Shown: positions 20,342 through 30,970, counted from the whole stretch's first letter. The stretch: 61,057 bases of DNA, filler included, from 5 parts of 5 records of this genome joined end to end with filler, not necessarily neighbours in it; one strand, 5' to 3'. The notes: a model not told the origin generated them from the letters alone. Translations and numbers: made by a program.

Positions 20342-21894
20342 GCACCCATCCATTTCGCCAGATTGTAGCCGGACCCGCCACCGAGCCCCGGCCCCGGATG
20401 GGTCGAAGCGCCGATCATGTGCAGGTTCCGGATTTGGGTGGCGCTATTAACGGAATGAGCAAAGGGGCGCCAGATGAAAAACTGATCGATGCTGCAGGCC
20501 CCGCCATAGGGATCACCACCGACCAGATTGATATTGATGTCGTTCAGATCCGCTGGCGAATAAGCCCGCCGTGCAAGCTTGATCTGATCGAAGTTGCGGA
20601 TATGCCGCTTCAGGATTTCTTCAAGCCGGTCGGCAAAGGCCTCCCGGGTTGCTTCGGTCCATTCCGGACCGGTCTCTATCCTGCCCGCGGCGTCGCCCTT
20701 GATCCTGCGCGGAGCGTCAGGAACTTGAAGCCAAAGGATCCCCTTGCCTTCCGGCGCCCGTGACGGATCCAGACGATGCGGCTGGCCAACACATATCGTG
20801 GGAACTTCAGGCAGAAGGCCCCGCTCGGCCTCGTTGGCGGACTTGGAAACACTGTCGATGCCGTCCGCAAGATGGATCAGCGCAACATCCTCAAGCCCTT
20901 CGACGATCCAGTCCGGGTCACCGTCCAGCGCATAGTGAAGCTGGAAATTGCCGCGGCCGTAGCGGTATTTCTGCGTGGCGTCCGGGAGTGCTTCCTGTTT
21001 CAATAGCCGCTGATAGAGCTGCGTTGGCGTGACGGAGGCAATCACCGACCGCGCCTTGATGGTTTCACCGCCTGCCGCTTCGACGCCGACTGCCTTGCCG
21101 TCCTTCACCAGGACACGTTCGACATCGACACCGGTGCGGATCTTGCCACCCTTGGCCTCAATCAATTTTCGGAACGCCTCCGGCACGGAGCCGGAGCCGC
21201 CCTTGGCCACCGGTGCGCCGGCAGCTTCCAGTGCAAAAGCAATCACCCGGCCCATCTGACCCGAATAGGTACTTTCCGGCGTCAAGCCAGTGTGCAGGAC
21301 CCAGGGCGCCCAAAGTGCCTGCAGGGTTTCGCTCCGATAGCTTCCTTCCAGCCAGCCACGAGCCGGCTGCAGGCAGGCACCGAGCCACGCTTTCAATCCG
21401 CCAAGGCCACGTTTCCAGGCTTGGGCGAGCATCAGGCGCGCCATCTTGCCGGACCAGAGCGGGCTGCCCAGCAAGGCAAACAGAAACTCCGCATCGGCTT
21501 CGATACCACCGACGTCGGCCGCATGCTGCTTGCCGTCGCCTGCCGCTAGGGCTTCGAAGGCTGCAATGTTGGCCGCGCGGTCCATCGTCAGCTTCAGCGC
21601 CTCCCCTCCCGGCCGTAAAACGGCGGTCGGATGCGGCGTGTGGCAGAATTCAAGACCATGCCGGCCAAGATCTTCCGCCAACTCCGCATAGGCAGGTGAG
21701 GTTATGAAAAGAACGAAGGTGGCCGCCATCACATCGTGCCGGAATCCGGGCAGCGTGATTTCCTCTGTCCGCATACAGCCGCCAAGGACGTCTGAGCGTT
21801 CCAGAAGCAGAACCGGCTCCCCTCTGCGCGACAGCATTGCTGCCGCGACGAGGGCATTTATACCGGAGCCGACGATTACGTGCGGAGCGGCCAT
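20338..21894 (-). CDS. FAD-dependent oxidoreductase, phytoene dehydrogenase superfamily
   Basis: IVGSGINAL, ER...GG, NLVGGDPYGG, GASTHPGPGLGGGSG. Confidence 0.88.
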   Translation of the reverse strand: MAAPHVIVGSGINALVAAAMLSRRGEPVLLLERSDVLGGCMRTEEITLPGFRHDVMAATFVLFITSPAYAELAEDLGRHGLEFCHTPHPTAVLRPGGEALKLTMDRAANIAAFEALAAGDGKQHAADVGGIEADAEFLFALLGSPLWSGKMARLMLAQAWKRGLGGLKAWLGACLQPARGWLEGSYRSETLQALWAPWVLHTGLTPESTYSGQMGRVIAFALEAAGAPVAKGGSGSVPEAFRKLIEAKGGKIRTGVDVERVLVKDGKAVGVEAAGGETIKARSVIASVTPTQLYQRLLKQEALPDATQKYRYGRGNFQLHYALDGDPDWIVEGLEDVALIHLADGIDSVSKSANEAERGLLPEVPTICVGQPHRLDPSRAPEGKGILWLQVPDAPRRIKGDAAGRIETGPEWTEATREAFADRLEEILKRHIRNFDQIKLARRAYSPADLNDININLVGGDPYGGACSIDQFFIWRPFAHSVNSATQIRNLHMIGASTHPGPGLGGGSGYNLAKWMGA

Positions 21895-21905
21895 TTCGAG
21901 ACGCC

Positions 21906-22697
21906 TCAGGCTTTCGGAACCAGAGCCAGTGCCCGAATGGGGCTACCAGTGCCGCGTTCGATTTTCAGTGGAGCGGCAATCAGGATCGCCCCCTTGGCCG
22001 GCAGCTTGTCGAGATTGGCAAGCGATGCCAGACCGAAGCAATTGTCCCTGTGCAACAGGTTATGCGCCGGGAACGGCGGCTCCATGCCACCGGCCTGACC
22101 GGCATCAGTGCCGATGCACTGGCTGCCCCAGCCTACGATCTTCTTCGACAGCAGATATTCAATGGCATCCGGTGTCGGTCCGGGGCTGTGCGGGCCCGCT
22201 TCGTCGGCATTGAGGAACGCGGCTTCATCGCCGGCGCGCTTGTCCCAGTCGGTGCGCATCACAACCCACTCACCGGCACCGATCTCGCCGTGCTCGGCTT
22301 CCCAGGCCTTGATCAAATCCGCAGTCAGCAGAAAATCAGGATCTGCAGTGCTTTCCTTGGAACAGTCGATCACATTGACCGGCGCAATCAGACGCTGCAC
22401 ATCCAGCGTGTCCGTAAAGCCGTCGCTGTAGTCCTTCCCGGTAATCCAGTGATGTGGCGCATCGAAATGCGTGCCGGAGTGCTCCCCCAGAACCATCCAG
22501 TTCCAGGCGAAGAAAGGACCGTCGGCGTCATATTCACTGATCTTGTGGATCTCGACCTTCGGCGTATTCTTTGCAAAATCAGGCGGAAGTTGCAGGATCG
22601 GCGTATTCGGACCCAGAACGCCCGTGCAATCCACCACTTCCACTTCTCCGGACAGGAGTTTAGCTCCAAGCCCGCTGAGCGCGCTCTCTGCAGACAT
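21906..22697 (-). CDS. Cyclase-family amidohydrolase, probable isatin hydrolase
   Basis: EHSGTHFDAP metal motif, PLKIERGTGSPIRA. As recalled, closely matches the Labrenzia (Roseibium) aggregata isatin hydrolase. ATG at 22697. Confidence 0.85.
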   Translation of the reverse strand: MSAESALSGLGAKLLSGEVEVVDCTGVLGPNTPILQLPPDFAKNTPKVEIHKISEYDADGPFFAWNWMVLGEHSGTHFDAPHHWITGKDYSDGFTDTLDVQRLIAPVNVIDCSKESTADPDFLLTADLIKAWEAEHGEIGAGEWVVMRTDWDKRAGDEAAFLNADEAGPHSPGPTPDAIEYLLSKKIVGWGSQCIGTDAGQAGGMEPPFPAHNLLHRDNCFGLASLANLDKLPAKGAILIAAPLKIERGTGSPIRALALVPKA

Positions 22698-22761
22698 AAT
22701 CGTTCCCTCTGTACCTCTGTGGCCTGTCGGCTCGTTATCACAATTCAATGCTAGACAGATT

Positions 22762-22779
22762 TATTTGTATTTGCAATTA
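22762..22779. promoter_or_regulatory. Candidate MarR operator in divergent promoter
   Basis: AT-rich imperfect palindrome TATTTGTATTTGCAATTA (12/18 self-complementary) in the ~105-bp divergent gap. Confidence 0.4.
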
Positions 22780-22802
22780 TCTTCTGCGAACGACGGAGGG
22801 GA

Positions 22803-24377
22803 TTGATCGTGACCGAGGTGTTGGACGGCGTCATTATCGGCAGCGGGCATAACAGCCTTGCCTGCGCTGTTCATCTTGCAGCACAAGGCTGGAAAGTCGG
22901 TGTTTTCGAGCGCGCGGGGGAACCTGGCGGGGCGGTCAAATCGGGCGAGTACACGCTACCCGGCTACCGCCACGACTGGGCGGCCATGAACCTTTCCCTG
23001 TTTGCAGGTTCCGCCTTCTTCAAGCAATACTCCGAGGAACTGGGCAGCCACGGGCTGGCTTTCGCGCCAGCATCCAATTGTTTCTCTTCCGTTTTTCCGG
23101 ACAGCACCTGGCTTGGCGTCAGCAACGACCTGGAAACGACGGCTTCGCGAATCGAAAAGATCTGCCCGGAAGACGCACGTGTCTGGCGGGCGCTGACATC
23201 GGAATTCCCGGGACGCGCAGAGACATTGTTCGCGCTTCTGGGCAGTCCGGCAAAAAAACGTGCATTTGCATATATATTGTTCAAGGAGTGGCGAAAAAGC
23301 GGTTCAGACGGCGTGCTGGACCTTGCCCGCTTTCTGCTATCCTCGCCGCGCGACTGGCTGAACACAACCTTCACATCGCCGAAGGTGCGTGCCCTTCTTG
23401 CGGCCTGGGGGATGCATCTGGATTTTGCACCCGACATTTCAGGCGGCGCGCTGTTCCCCTACCTGGAAGGCATGGTCAATCAGGCTTTCGGCATGGTCCT
23501 GGGTCAGGGCGGCGCGGATACGATCGTCAAGGCCATGGTCTCGCAGATCGAGGCTTCGGGCGGATCGATGACCTGCAATGCAGAAGTCACGCGCGTGATT
23601 GTCGAGAATGGACAGGCACGTGGCATCGAGCTCAAGGACGGTCGGCAAATCATGGCCCGCAGGGCGGTGATCGCCAACGTCGCCCCATCCGCCTTGCTGA
23701 AACTTGCGGGCGAAACCGGCAACGCGCGGTATGACCTCGGCCTGAAGAAATCCGCACATGCGCCGGGCACGATGATGATTCACCTTGCCATGGACGCCCT
23801 GCCAGACTGGACCGCAGGCGAAGAGCTTAAAAAATTCGCCTATGTGCATATGGCTCCGGACCTCGATCAGATGGCACGAACCTATGCACAGGCCCAGGCC
23901 GGCCTTCTGCCGGAAGAACCGGTGATTGTCTGCGGTCAGCCAACCGTCGTCGACCCGAGCCGGGCACCGGAGGGCAAGCATGTTCTCTGGCTTCAGGTCC
24001 GCATGGCACCCGGCACCATCAAGGGGGATGCCGCCGGCAAGATCACGGCCACCGACTGGACCGAAGCGGCGGAGCCGTTTGCCGAACGCGCACTCGATAT
24101 TCTGGAACGTTATGCCCCCGGCACGAGGGCCAAGATCCTCGGCCGCCATGTCGTATCGCCCGCCCTGCTGGAGGCGGACAATCCCAACCTGGTCGGAGGA
24201 GACCAGGTCTGCGGAAGCCATCATCTGACCCAGCATTTCATGTTCAGGCCCGTACGCGGCTTTGCCGACGGAACGACGCCGGTTGGAAACCTTTACCACA
24301 CCGGCGCGGCCGTCTGGCCCGGTGCGGGAACCGGCGCAGGGCCCGGATATCTGCTTGCACAAAAACTTGCCGGATAG
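22803..24377 (+). CDS. Second phytoene dehydrogenase-like FAD oxidoreductase (paralog of 20338-21894)
   Basis: IIGSGHNSL, TLPGYRHD, CGQPTVVDPSRAPEGK, NLVGGD, WPGAGTGAGPG. Start may be GTG 22809. Confidence 0.88.
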   Translation: MIVTEVLDGVIIGSGHNSLACAVHLAAQGWKVGVFERAGEPGGAVKSGEYTLPGYRHDWAAMNLSLFAGSAFFKQYSEELGSHGLAFAPASNCFSSVFPDSTWLGVSNDLETTASRIEKICPEDARVWRALTSEFPGRAETLFALLGSPAKKRAFAYILFKEWRKSGSDGVLDLARFLLSSPRDWLNTTFTSPKVRALLAAWGMHLDFAPDISGGALFPYLEGMVNQAFGMVLGQGGADTIVKAMVSQIEASGGSMTCNAEVTRVIVENGQARGIELKDGRQIMARRAVIANVAPSALLKLAGETGNARYDLGLKKSAHAPGTMMIHLAMDALPDWTAGEELKKFAYVHMAPDLDQMARTYAQAQAGLLPEEPVIVCGQPTVVDPSRAPEGKHVLWLQVRMAPGTIKGDAAGKITATDWTEAAEPFAERALDILERYAPGTRAKILGRHVVSPALLEADNPNLVGGDQVCGSHHLTQHFMFRPVRGFADGTTPVGNLYHTGAAVWPGAGTGAGPGYLLAQKLAG

Positions 24378-24427
24378 CGACAAAAACAAACGCACCGGTA
24401 CCAGAGGTAAAATGGGGAACAGTAACC

Positions 24428-25507
24428 ATGAGAGTTTCAAGACGTACACTGCTTAAAAGTGCGGCCGCCAGCGGATTGCTGACAGCCGTCGGAACACCGG
24501 TAGCATTCGCCAGCGACATCGAAGAACTGGTGATCGCCTATAACGTCAACCTGCCGAGCTGGGATCCGACAGTCGGCCCGTCCGCGGTCAACCCGACCAT
24601 CCAGGGCATCTACCAGTCCGTGTTCGACATGTTCATTCATCAGAACACGGACCTCAGCTTTGCACCGGGCATCATCACCGGCTGGGGCTGGAACGACGAC
24701 AAGTCGAAGATCTGGATGGATGTGCGCGAAGGCGTCACCTGGCACAACGGTGATCCGCTGACACCGGAAGACATCGTCTGGTCGCTGGAACGCGCTGGCA
24801 ATCCGGACACGGGCAATCCGATCCAGTTCATCTGGGGCAAGGTCGGCAACTTCCAGATCGACGGCAACAAGATCACTGCCGACGTCAAGGAATACGAGCC
24901 CACCATCTTCAAGTGGATGAGCTTCCTGACCGGCTATGTGATGCCGAAGAAATACTATGAGGAAGTCGGCGCAGACGGCTTCGAGGCCAAGCCGATCGGC
25001 ACCGGGCCTTACATGGTCGACAAGTTCGAGCGCAACGCCTTCGTCCGACTGAAAGCCAACGAGAACTACTGGGGCGGTGCACCGGAGTTCAAGACGGTCA
25101 CGATCAAGTTCGTCACCGATGCGTCCAGCCGAACCTTCGAGGTTATGTCGGGCAATGCGCATGTCACGCTGGAAATGCCTTACGAGGAATTCGACCGGCT
25201 GAAGGAAAACGACGGCATCGTCGGCACCGCAGCCCCGATCTCCGACATCGGCATGATTTTCATCAACGATGTCGATCCGATGCTGGACGAAAACGTTCGC
25301 AAGGCGATGGCCTATTCCATCGACAAGAAGACCATCATCGAACGTCTCCTGTCGGGATACGGCGTGCCCATCGACACGCTGCAGACACCCGACTATTCCG
25401 CTTATGATGCCTCGATCACCGTTCCCTACGACCCGGACAAGGCGAAAGAACTGCTGGCGGCCTCCGGCTTCGGTCCGGACAATCCGGTCAAGTTCAAGAT
25501 CCAGACC
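24428..25507 (+). CDS. ABC transporter family 5 solute-binding protein with Tat signal, 3' truncated
   Basis: SRRTLLK twin-arginine leader, REGVTWHNGDPLTPEDI, PIGTGPY. Confidence 0.9.
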
Positions 25508-25607
25508 NNNNNNNNNNNNNNNNNNNNNNNNNNNNNNNNNNNNNNNNNNNNTTAATTAATTAANNNNNNNNNNNNNNNNNNNNNNNNNNNNNNNNNNNNN
25601 NNNNNNN
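25508..25607. other. Artificial contig linker
   Basis: Same N-TTAATTAATTAA-N linker; base composition switches from GC-rich to AT-rich across it. Confidence 0.99.
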
Positions 25608-25608
25608 C

Positions 25609-26679
25609 ATTTTTATTGATGAAATTGATGCAATTGGTAGAGCAAGAGGAAAAAATAACTTTTCAGGATCTAATGATGAGCGCGAAAACACCTTAAACCA
25701 ACTTTTAACTGAAATGGATGGTTTTGGTACTAATACAAACGTAATTGTCTTAGCTGCTACGAACAGAGCTGATGTATTAGATAAAGCATTAATGCGTGCT
25801 GGTAGGTTTGATAGACAAATCTACGTTGACCTACCAGACGTTAGAGAGCGTAAAGAGATTTTTGAAGTTCACCTTAGACCGCTGAAGAAAGAAGAAACGT
25901 TAGATGTAGATTTCTTAGCTAAACAAACTCCGGGATTCTCTGGTGCAGATATTGCAAATGTTTGTAATGAAGCGGCATTAATTGCAGCTAGAAAGGGTAA
26001 AAAAGCTGTAAATAAACAAGATTTTTTAGATGCGGTTGACAGAATTATAGGTGGTTTAGAAAAGAAAAATAAAATCATAACTCCAGAGGAAAAGAGAGCG
26101 GTTGCATTCCATGAAGCTGGTCACGCTACAGTGAGTTGGATGCTAGAACATGCCGCACCATTAGTTAAAGTAACTATTGTACCTAGAGGACGTTCTTTAG
26201 GAGCTGCTTGGTATTTACCAGAAGAACGACTAATTGTTCGTCCAGAACAAATGCTAGATGAAATGTGTGCTGCATTAGGTGGTAGAGCTGCGGAAAAAGT
26301 AATCTTTGATAAAATTTCTACAGGTGCATTAAGTGATCTTGAAAAGGTGACTAAACAAGCAAGAGCTATGGTAACTATATATGGTCTTAGTGATAAAGTA
26401 GGAAACCTCACCTATTATGATTCATCGGGTCAGTCTGAGTATGGATTTACTAAACCTTATAGTGAACAAACTGCGGAACTTATTGATAAAGAGATATCTA
26501 ATATCATTGAAGAGCAATATGACCGTGCTGTTAGACTTTTAGAAGAGAATAAAGATAAGCTTACCGAACTGGCAGAAGTACTTTTAGATAAGGAAGTTAT
26601 TTTTAAAGATAACTTAGAAAAAATCTTCGGCAAACGCGCTTTTGGTAATAACGGAAGTACGTCTGAAGAAGAGGAATAA
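25609..26679 (+). CDS. ftsH: ATP-dependent zinc metalloprotease FtsH, 5' truncated
   Basis: Frame is open from the contig edge: IFIDEIDAIG Walker B, AATNRADVLD, HEAGH zinc motif. Confidence 0.97.
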   Translation: MFIDEIDAIGRARGKNNFSGSNDERENTLNQLLTEMDGFGTNTNVIVLAATNRADVLDKALMRAGRFDRQIYVDLPDVRERKEIFEVHLRPLKKEETLDVDFLAKQTPGFSGADIANVCNEAALIAARKGKKAVNKQDFLDAVDRIIGGLEKKNKIITPEEKRAVAFHEAGHATVSWMLEHAAPLVKVTIVPRGRSLGAAWYLPEERLIVRPEQMLDEMCAALGGRAAEKVIFDKISTGALSDLEKVTKQARAMVTIYGLSDKVGNLTYYDSSGQSEYGFTKPYSEQTAELIDKEISNIIEEQYDRAVRLLEENKDKLTELAEVLLDKEVIFKDNLEKIFGKRAFGNNGSTSEEEE

Positions 26680-26696
26680 TCGCCAACAGAATTGTA

Positions 26697-26738
26697 TAAA
26701 AAACTTAAATTGACCATATGTTAATTTAAGTTTTTTTA
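26697..26738 (+). terminator. AT-rich hairpin terminator after ftsH
   Basis: AAAAAACTTAAATTGAC...GTTAATTTAAGTTTTTTT inverted repeat. Confidence 0.65.
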
Positions 26739-26782
26739 TATTTACATCATACACAACTATTAGGATTAATAGCAACTATTGG

Positions 26783-27391
26783 ATGAGCCTATTTCGTAAA
26801 TTCTTCGGTAAAAAATCTGATAAAACTGAAGAAAACATACCAAATCAAGAGCGTGGCAAATATATGCCAGAAGTTAAGTTGCCTGCAGATGAGAGATTTA
26901 CAATAAACTTTAAAGCAAATGGAGGTAAATTTTTGTATTGTGAAAACATGCAAGAAGTTAAAGACAGCTTCAATTCTATCTTAATTGAAAACAAATGGCA
27001 TGATGATAAAGTCTTTGTAATTGATGAACGATTAATTGATTTATTCAAAGATTTTAATCTCAATAGCACTAAAAAAATATCTGAAAGCACTTATTTTTTA
27101 TCTACCTGTGAATATTTAATCTCAGACGATGGATCATTATTAATATCATCAAATCAAATTGCTGAGAAGAAATTAAAAGAATTACCAGATAATTTCATCA
27201 TATATGCTACTACAAGTCAATTTGTAGAAAATATTGGCGAAGGCCTGAAAGGTATAAAGGAAAAAAGCAAAGCAACAATTCCTACTAATATAACTACAAT
27301 AAAGCACTTTAAAACTGCTGATGATAAAGACTTTCTAACTTACGGAAGTAGTGCCAAAAACTTATATTTACTACTACTAGAAGATTTATAA
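26783..27391 (+). CDS. LUD (LutC/YkgG-like) domain protein
   Basis: FKANGGKFLYC, TCEYLISDDGS, PTNITTI. Matches the ftsH-LUD-cdsA-psd order I recall in Flavobacteriaceae. Confidence 0.7.
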   Translation: MSLFRKFFGKKSDKTEENIPNQERGKYMPEVKLPADERFTINFKANGGKFLYCENMQEVKDSFNSILIENKWHDDKVFVIDERLIDLFKDFNLNSTKKISESTYFLSTCEYLISDDGSLLISSNQIAEKKLKELPDNFIIYATTSQFVENIGEGLKGIKEKSKATIPTNITTIKHFKTADDKDFLTYGSSAKNLYLLLLEDL

Positions 27392-28212
27392 TGAAGGAGT
27401 TATTCATTAGAGCCATTTCTGGTGCTGTTTATGTTCTATTGCTCATAGGCTCTTTATACACACAAGAAGGCGTAGTGATTTTATTGGCTATTTTTGGTCT
27501 TTTAAGTCTGGTAGAATTTAGCAAGCTCATTAAGCTAAAATCATACATTCAATATTTTATATTTGTTGTACTTTACTTTGCCTTTTGGTATATCTGTCTA
27601 TACAGAGATAATCTAAATGGAAGTGATGAAGCGATACAAATATTACTCGTAATTACCATTTTTGTGAATTTAATTTTAATAAAAGATTTATTCACTGTAA
27701 AACGATTTCCATTATTTCAGTCCAAAAGTTTTATTGCTACAACTTTTTATCTAACGAGTGGTTTTATTTTTTTGTTACTTATTGCCAACTACAAGAACAA
27801 CTTTACACCATTATTGCTACTCGGAGGGTTTATTTTAGTTTGGGTAAATGATAGTGCAGCATACCTAGTAGGTAAAAATTTTGGTAAGCAGAAGTTGTTT
27901 CCTAGTATTTCTCCTAAGAAAACTGTAGAGGGGTTTTTAGGAGGGTTATTTTTTGCATGTATATCTAGCTATTTCATTGCAGATTACACAAACACATTAG
28001 GTTTTACAAGTTGGCTTATTTTGGCTATTATTGTTAGTGTTCTGGGTACTTTAGGTGATTTAATTGAGTCTAAGTTTAAACGACAAGCGGGCGTTAAAGA
28101 TAGTGGTGTGATAATGCCAGGGCATGGAGGACTTTTAGACAGATTAGATAGTCTTATCTTTGCATCACCATTTATTTATTTGTTTTTAAGAATTATAAAC
28201 TATGTTTCATAA
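27391..28212 (+). CDS. cdsA: Phosphatidate cytidylyltransferase
   Basis: SPKKTVEG, GDLIESKFKRQAGVKDSG, PGHGGLLDRLDS. Confidence 0.95.
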   Translation: MKELFIRAISGAVYVLLLIGSLYTQEGVVILLAIFGLLSLVEFSKLIKLKSYIQYFIFVVLYFAFWYICLYRDNLNGSDEAIQILLVITIFVNLILIKDLFTVKRFPLFQSKSFIATTFYLTSGFIFLLLIANYKNNFTPLLLLGGFILVWVNDSAAYLVGKNFGKQKLFPSISPKKTVEGFLGGLFFACISSYFIADYTNTLGFTSWLILAIIVSVLGTLGDLIESKFKRQAGVKDSGVIMPGHGGLLDRLDSLIFASPFIYLFLRIINYVS

Positions 28213-28855
28213 AGAAGGTCATAAAATCATTTTCGTATCACTAGTCATCGTAGTTGGGTCATTTTTTCTAATCGATGGATTAATTACTAATGAGTGGTTG
28301 CGTAAAGGATTAATGATTACCATATTAGTGTTTTTCATTCTAATTCTACAGTTTTTCAGGAATCCTAAACGATTTACGCATCAAAATGACAAACAGGCCC
28401 TATCACCTGTGGATGGTAAAGTTGTAGTTATCGAGGAAGTTTTTGAGAAAGAAGTATTTAATGACAAACGTATTCAGGTTTCAGTATTTATGTCTCCAAT
28501 AAATGTACATGTAACCCGATATCCTATTGGTGGTAATGTTACCTATAGCAAATATCATCCGGGTAAATACCTAGTAGCATGGCATCCTAAAGCAAGTGAA
28601 GAGAACGAAAGAACCACTGTGGTAGTTGAAAACCAAAGTTTTGGCAAAATACTTTATAGACAGATTGCAGGAGCTTTAGCAAAACGAATTGTAAATTACG
28701 CCAAACAAGACTCTCAAGCTGTGCAAGGAGCTGACTCTGGTTTTATTAAATTTGGCTCACGAGTAGATTTATTTTTACCTTTAGACGCAAAAATTAAAGT
28801 AGAACTGAATCAAAAAGTTCGTGGTGGAGAAAGTATTATTGCTGAGATAGAATGA
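28202..28855 (+). CDS. psd: Phosphatidylserine decarboxylase proenzyme
   Basis: FFRNP, SPVDG, FMSPINVH, ENER, KFGSRVD self-cleavage motif. Confidence 0.95.
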   Translation: MFHKEGHKIIFVSLVIVVGSFFLIDGLITNEWLRKGLMITILVFFILILQFFRNPKRFTHQNDKQALSPVDGKVVVIEEVFEKEVFNDKRIQVSVFMSPINVHVTRYPIGGNVTYSKYHPGKYLVAWHPKASEENERTTVVVENQSFGKILYRQIAGALAKRIVNYAKQDSQAVQGADSGFIKFGSRVDLFLPLDAKIKVELNQKVRGGESIIAEIE

Positions 28856-29118
28856 ATTCAGAAGAATTAGATAAAGAATTTAGAGCAGCTGTAGAACGTG
28901 TTAACGATCATACAGATTCATTTCCTGCAGATTTCTTACTAAGACTTTATGCTTATTATAAAAAAGCAACTAACGATTACGGTAGACCAAGTAGTCGTAA
29001 ACCTATAATAAACGCATTTAAAACTAATGCTCTTTTTCAAGTTCAGAATATAACTGAAGATGAAGCGAAGCAAGAGTATATTAATCTGGTAAATAATTAT
29101 TTCTTATATAGAAAGTAG
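28852..29118 (+). CDS. Acyl-CoA-binding protein
   Basis: LLRLYAYYKKAT...AFK...AKQEYI, 88 aa. Confidence 0.85.
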   Translation: MNSEELDKEFRAAVERVNDHTDSFPADFLLRLYAYYKKATNDYGRPSSRKPIINAFKTNALFQVQNITEDEAKQEYINLVNNYFLYRK

Positions 29119-29136
29119 TCTTTCCTTAGATATTTT

Positions 29137-29826
29137 CTAATTTTTAAGCCTTGGTAGGGGTACGCCATCTTTTAATATTACCACTCCCATTGCTAGTAAC
29201 CAAATCACTTTAACATGAAACAATGGTTTGTAAATTTCAAAATTATCTGGTATTGCTAAAATTATTCCCATTGCAGCCAAACCTAAAATTACTGTGAACC
29301 AACCAAGCCATTTGCTCACAATACTCCACTTGGCCAAAGCATATCCTAATAATACTAACCCAACACCTGAAAAGATTCTACCAAACCTAATAAAACAAGT
29401 TACATACTGATTAGTAAATAATATATCGTGCATAAAAGTATCTATCTCCGCAGCTGATTTTCCAGCAGTTTCCCCTACTCCCCAAGCACCAAAATTATAG
29501 AAGTAAGCATTAGCAATTGCCAGAGTGAATGTACCTATTATTACCATTCCTGCACCAGGTAAGATAAGAACTCTGTAAGGTTTTCTTGCTATAACGGATA
29601 CCAGCGCAAACAAAGCAATACCCATAGTTACCCATCCAAAAATATGAATACGATACATCCAAATCCACGTCCATACGTTTTTGCCAATAGCTTCAAAATC
29701 TGATGCCTTAATATATTCGCCTATATGGTGAGGAGATAAAGCCCAACCTAACCATAAGAGCATAGCTGCTAAAATAAAAGCCCAACCTGTAAATTTAGTT
29801 TCAAAGTCTTTTTGTACAGTATTCAT
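29137..29826 (-). CDS. Hypothetical multi-pass membrane protein
   Basis: 229 aa with about six hydrophobic segments; no family recognised. Confidence 0.75.
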   Translation of the reverse strand: MNTVQKDFETKFTGWAFILAAMLLWLGWALSPHHIGEYIKASDFEAIGKNVWTWIWMYRIHIFGWVTMGIALFALVSVIARKPYRVLILPGAGMVIIGTFTLAIANAYFYNFGAWGVGETAGKSAAEIDTFMHDILFTNQYVTCFIRFGRIFSGVGLVLLGYALAKWSIVSKWLGWFTVILGLAAMGIILAIPDNFEIYKPLFHVKVIWLLAMGVVILKDGVPLPRLKN

Positions 29827-29878
29827 AGTTATTTTTTTTTAAGTAATGACACAAAGTAGTATTATCATAATCTATTTT

Positions 29879-29896
29879 ATGTAACTTTTGTTACAT
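29879..29896. promoter_or_regulatory. Palindromic operator, CRP/FNR-like geometry
   Basis: ATGTAAC-TTTT-GTTACAT with perfect 7-bp arms in a divergent intergenic region. Confidence 0.7.
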
Positions 29897-29950
29897 TAGG
29901 TATTCCCATTGAATGTTTAACTTACTACATATTAAAACTCTGGTCACCAA

Positions 29951-30970
29951 ATGCAATTGAATTATAATCATAAACTGATTATTGAACGCTTAACGGCTTT
30001 ATGGGCTCTAAATGAGTGTGGCCTAGGTGGTTTTATGCATGCCTTTAGTTCTCCATTTACAGGGATTATAGTTGGTGGTATTTCGGTTTTATTAATTAGT
30101 TTAATCGCTTATCATGCGCAGCATATTCGCAAATCACTTTTAAAAGCTTTAATTATTGTATTATTTGTAAAGTTAAGTGTAAGCCCTCATTCTCCAATAA
30201 CCGCTTACTTAGCTGTATCCTTCCAAGCGCTTTTTGGAATTGGATTGTATAGTCTTTTTTCAGTTAATCGTTATACCATAGTTATATTAGGTATGCTCAC
30301 TTTTTTGGAGTCTGCTTTACAAAAACTACTCACCCTTACTATTATCTACGGACAGTCTTTTTGGGAAGCTATCGATGTGTATACCCTGTGGATTAGTTCT
30401 AAAATTGACTTTATTAATTTAAGCATATCAGCAAAACACTTAATGATTATCTATGTGAGTTTTTATGCCATTTCAGGAATAGTAGTTGGCATTTTAATAA
30501 CAAAGATTATGCGCTTGATGCAACAAGTTGAAATATCTCAACTTGATGCAATCTCATTAAAACATAAAAATGTTGCATCAAAAAGGAAACCCAATAATTC
30601 AAAAACAAAACTACTCTTATTCTGGAGCTTAACCCTAGTCATAATTTTATTTCCTTTACTCATTTTCAAAAAAGATATTGGAGGTTGGGAAACAGGCATA
30701 TATCTCATAGCACGGAGCTTTTTAATCATTACATTATGGTACATTGTATTTGGCCCATTATTAATGAAAGGATTAAATAAATTTCTTTCAAAACGAAAAT
30801 CTAAATATAAATTAGATATTCAACAAACCTTATTATTATTACCTCATTTAAGAGGAATAGTGAATTATGCCTGGCATGACAGCAGCTCATATAAAGGTCT
30901 AAATCGCATGCAACACTTCCTGGCTAAAAGTATTGTTTTTAGTGTTTATTTTAATCCTTCAAAATCATGA
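29951..30970 (+). CDS. Hypothetical integral membrane protein
   Basis: Multiple TM segments, N-terminal LWALNECGLGGFMH. ATGA-coupled to the NTPase gene. Confidence 0.75.
   Translation: MQLNYNHKLIIERLTALWALNECGLGGFMHAFSSPFTGIIVGGISVLLISLIAYHAQHIRKSLLKALIIVLFVKLSVSPHSPITAYLAVSFQALFGIGLYSLFSVNRYTIVILGMLTFLESALQKLLTLTIIYGQSFWEAIDVYTLWISSKIDFINLSISAKHLMIIYVSFYAISGIVVGILITKIMRLMQQVEISQLDAISLKHKNVASKRKPNNSKTKLLLFWSLTLVIILFPLLIFKKDIGGWETGIYLIARSFLIITLWYIVFGPLLMKGLNKFLSKRKSKYKLDIQQTLLLLPHLRGIVNYAWHDSSSYKGLNRMQHFLAKSIVFSVYFNPSKS

Noticed and set aside
20338-24377. Carotenoid biosynthesis from the two phytoene-dehydrogenase-like genes
   Set aside because: No crtB, crtE or crtY nearby, and the context is catabolic.
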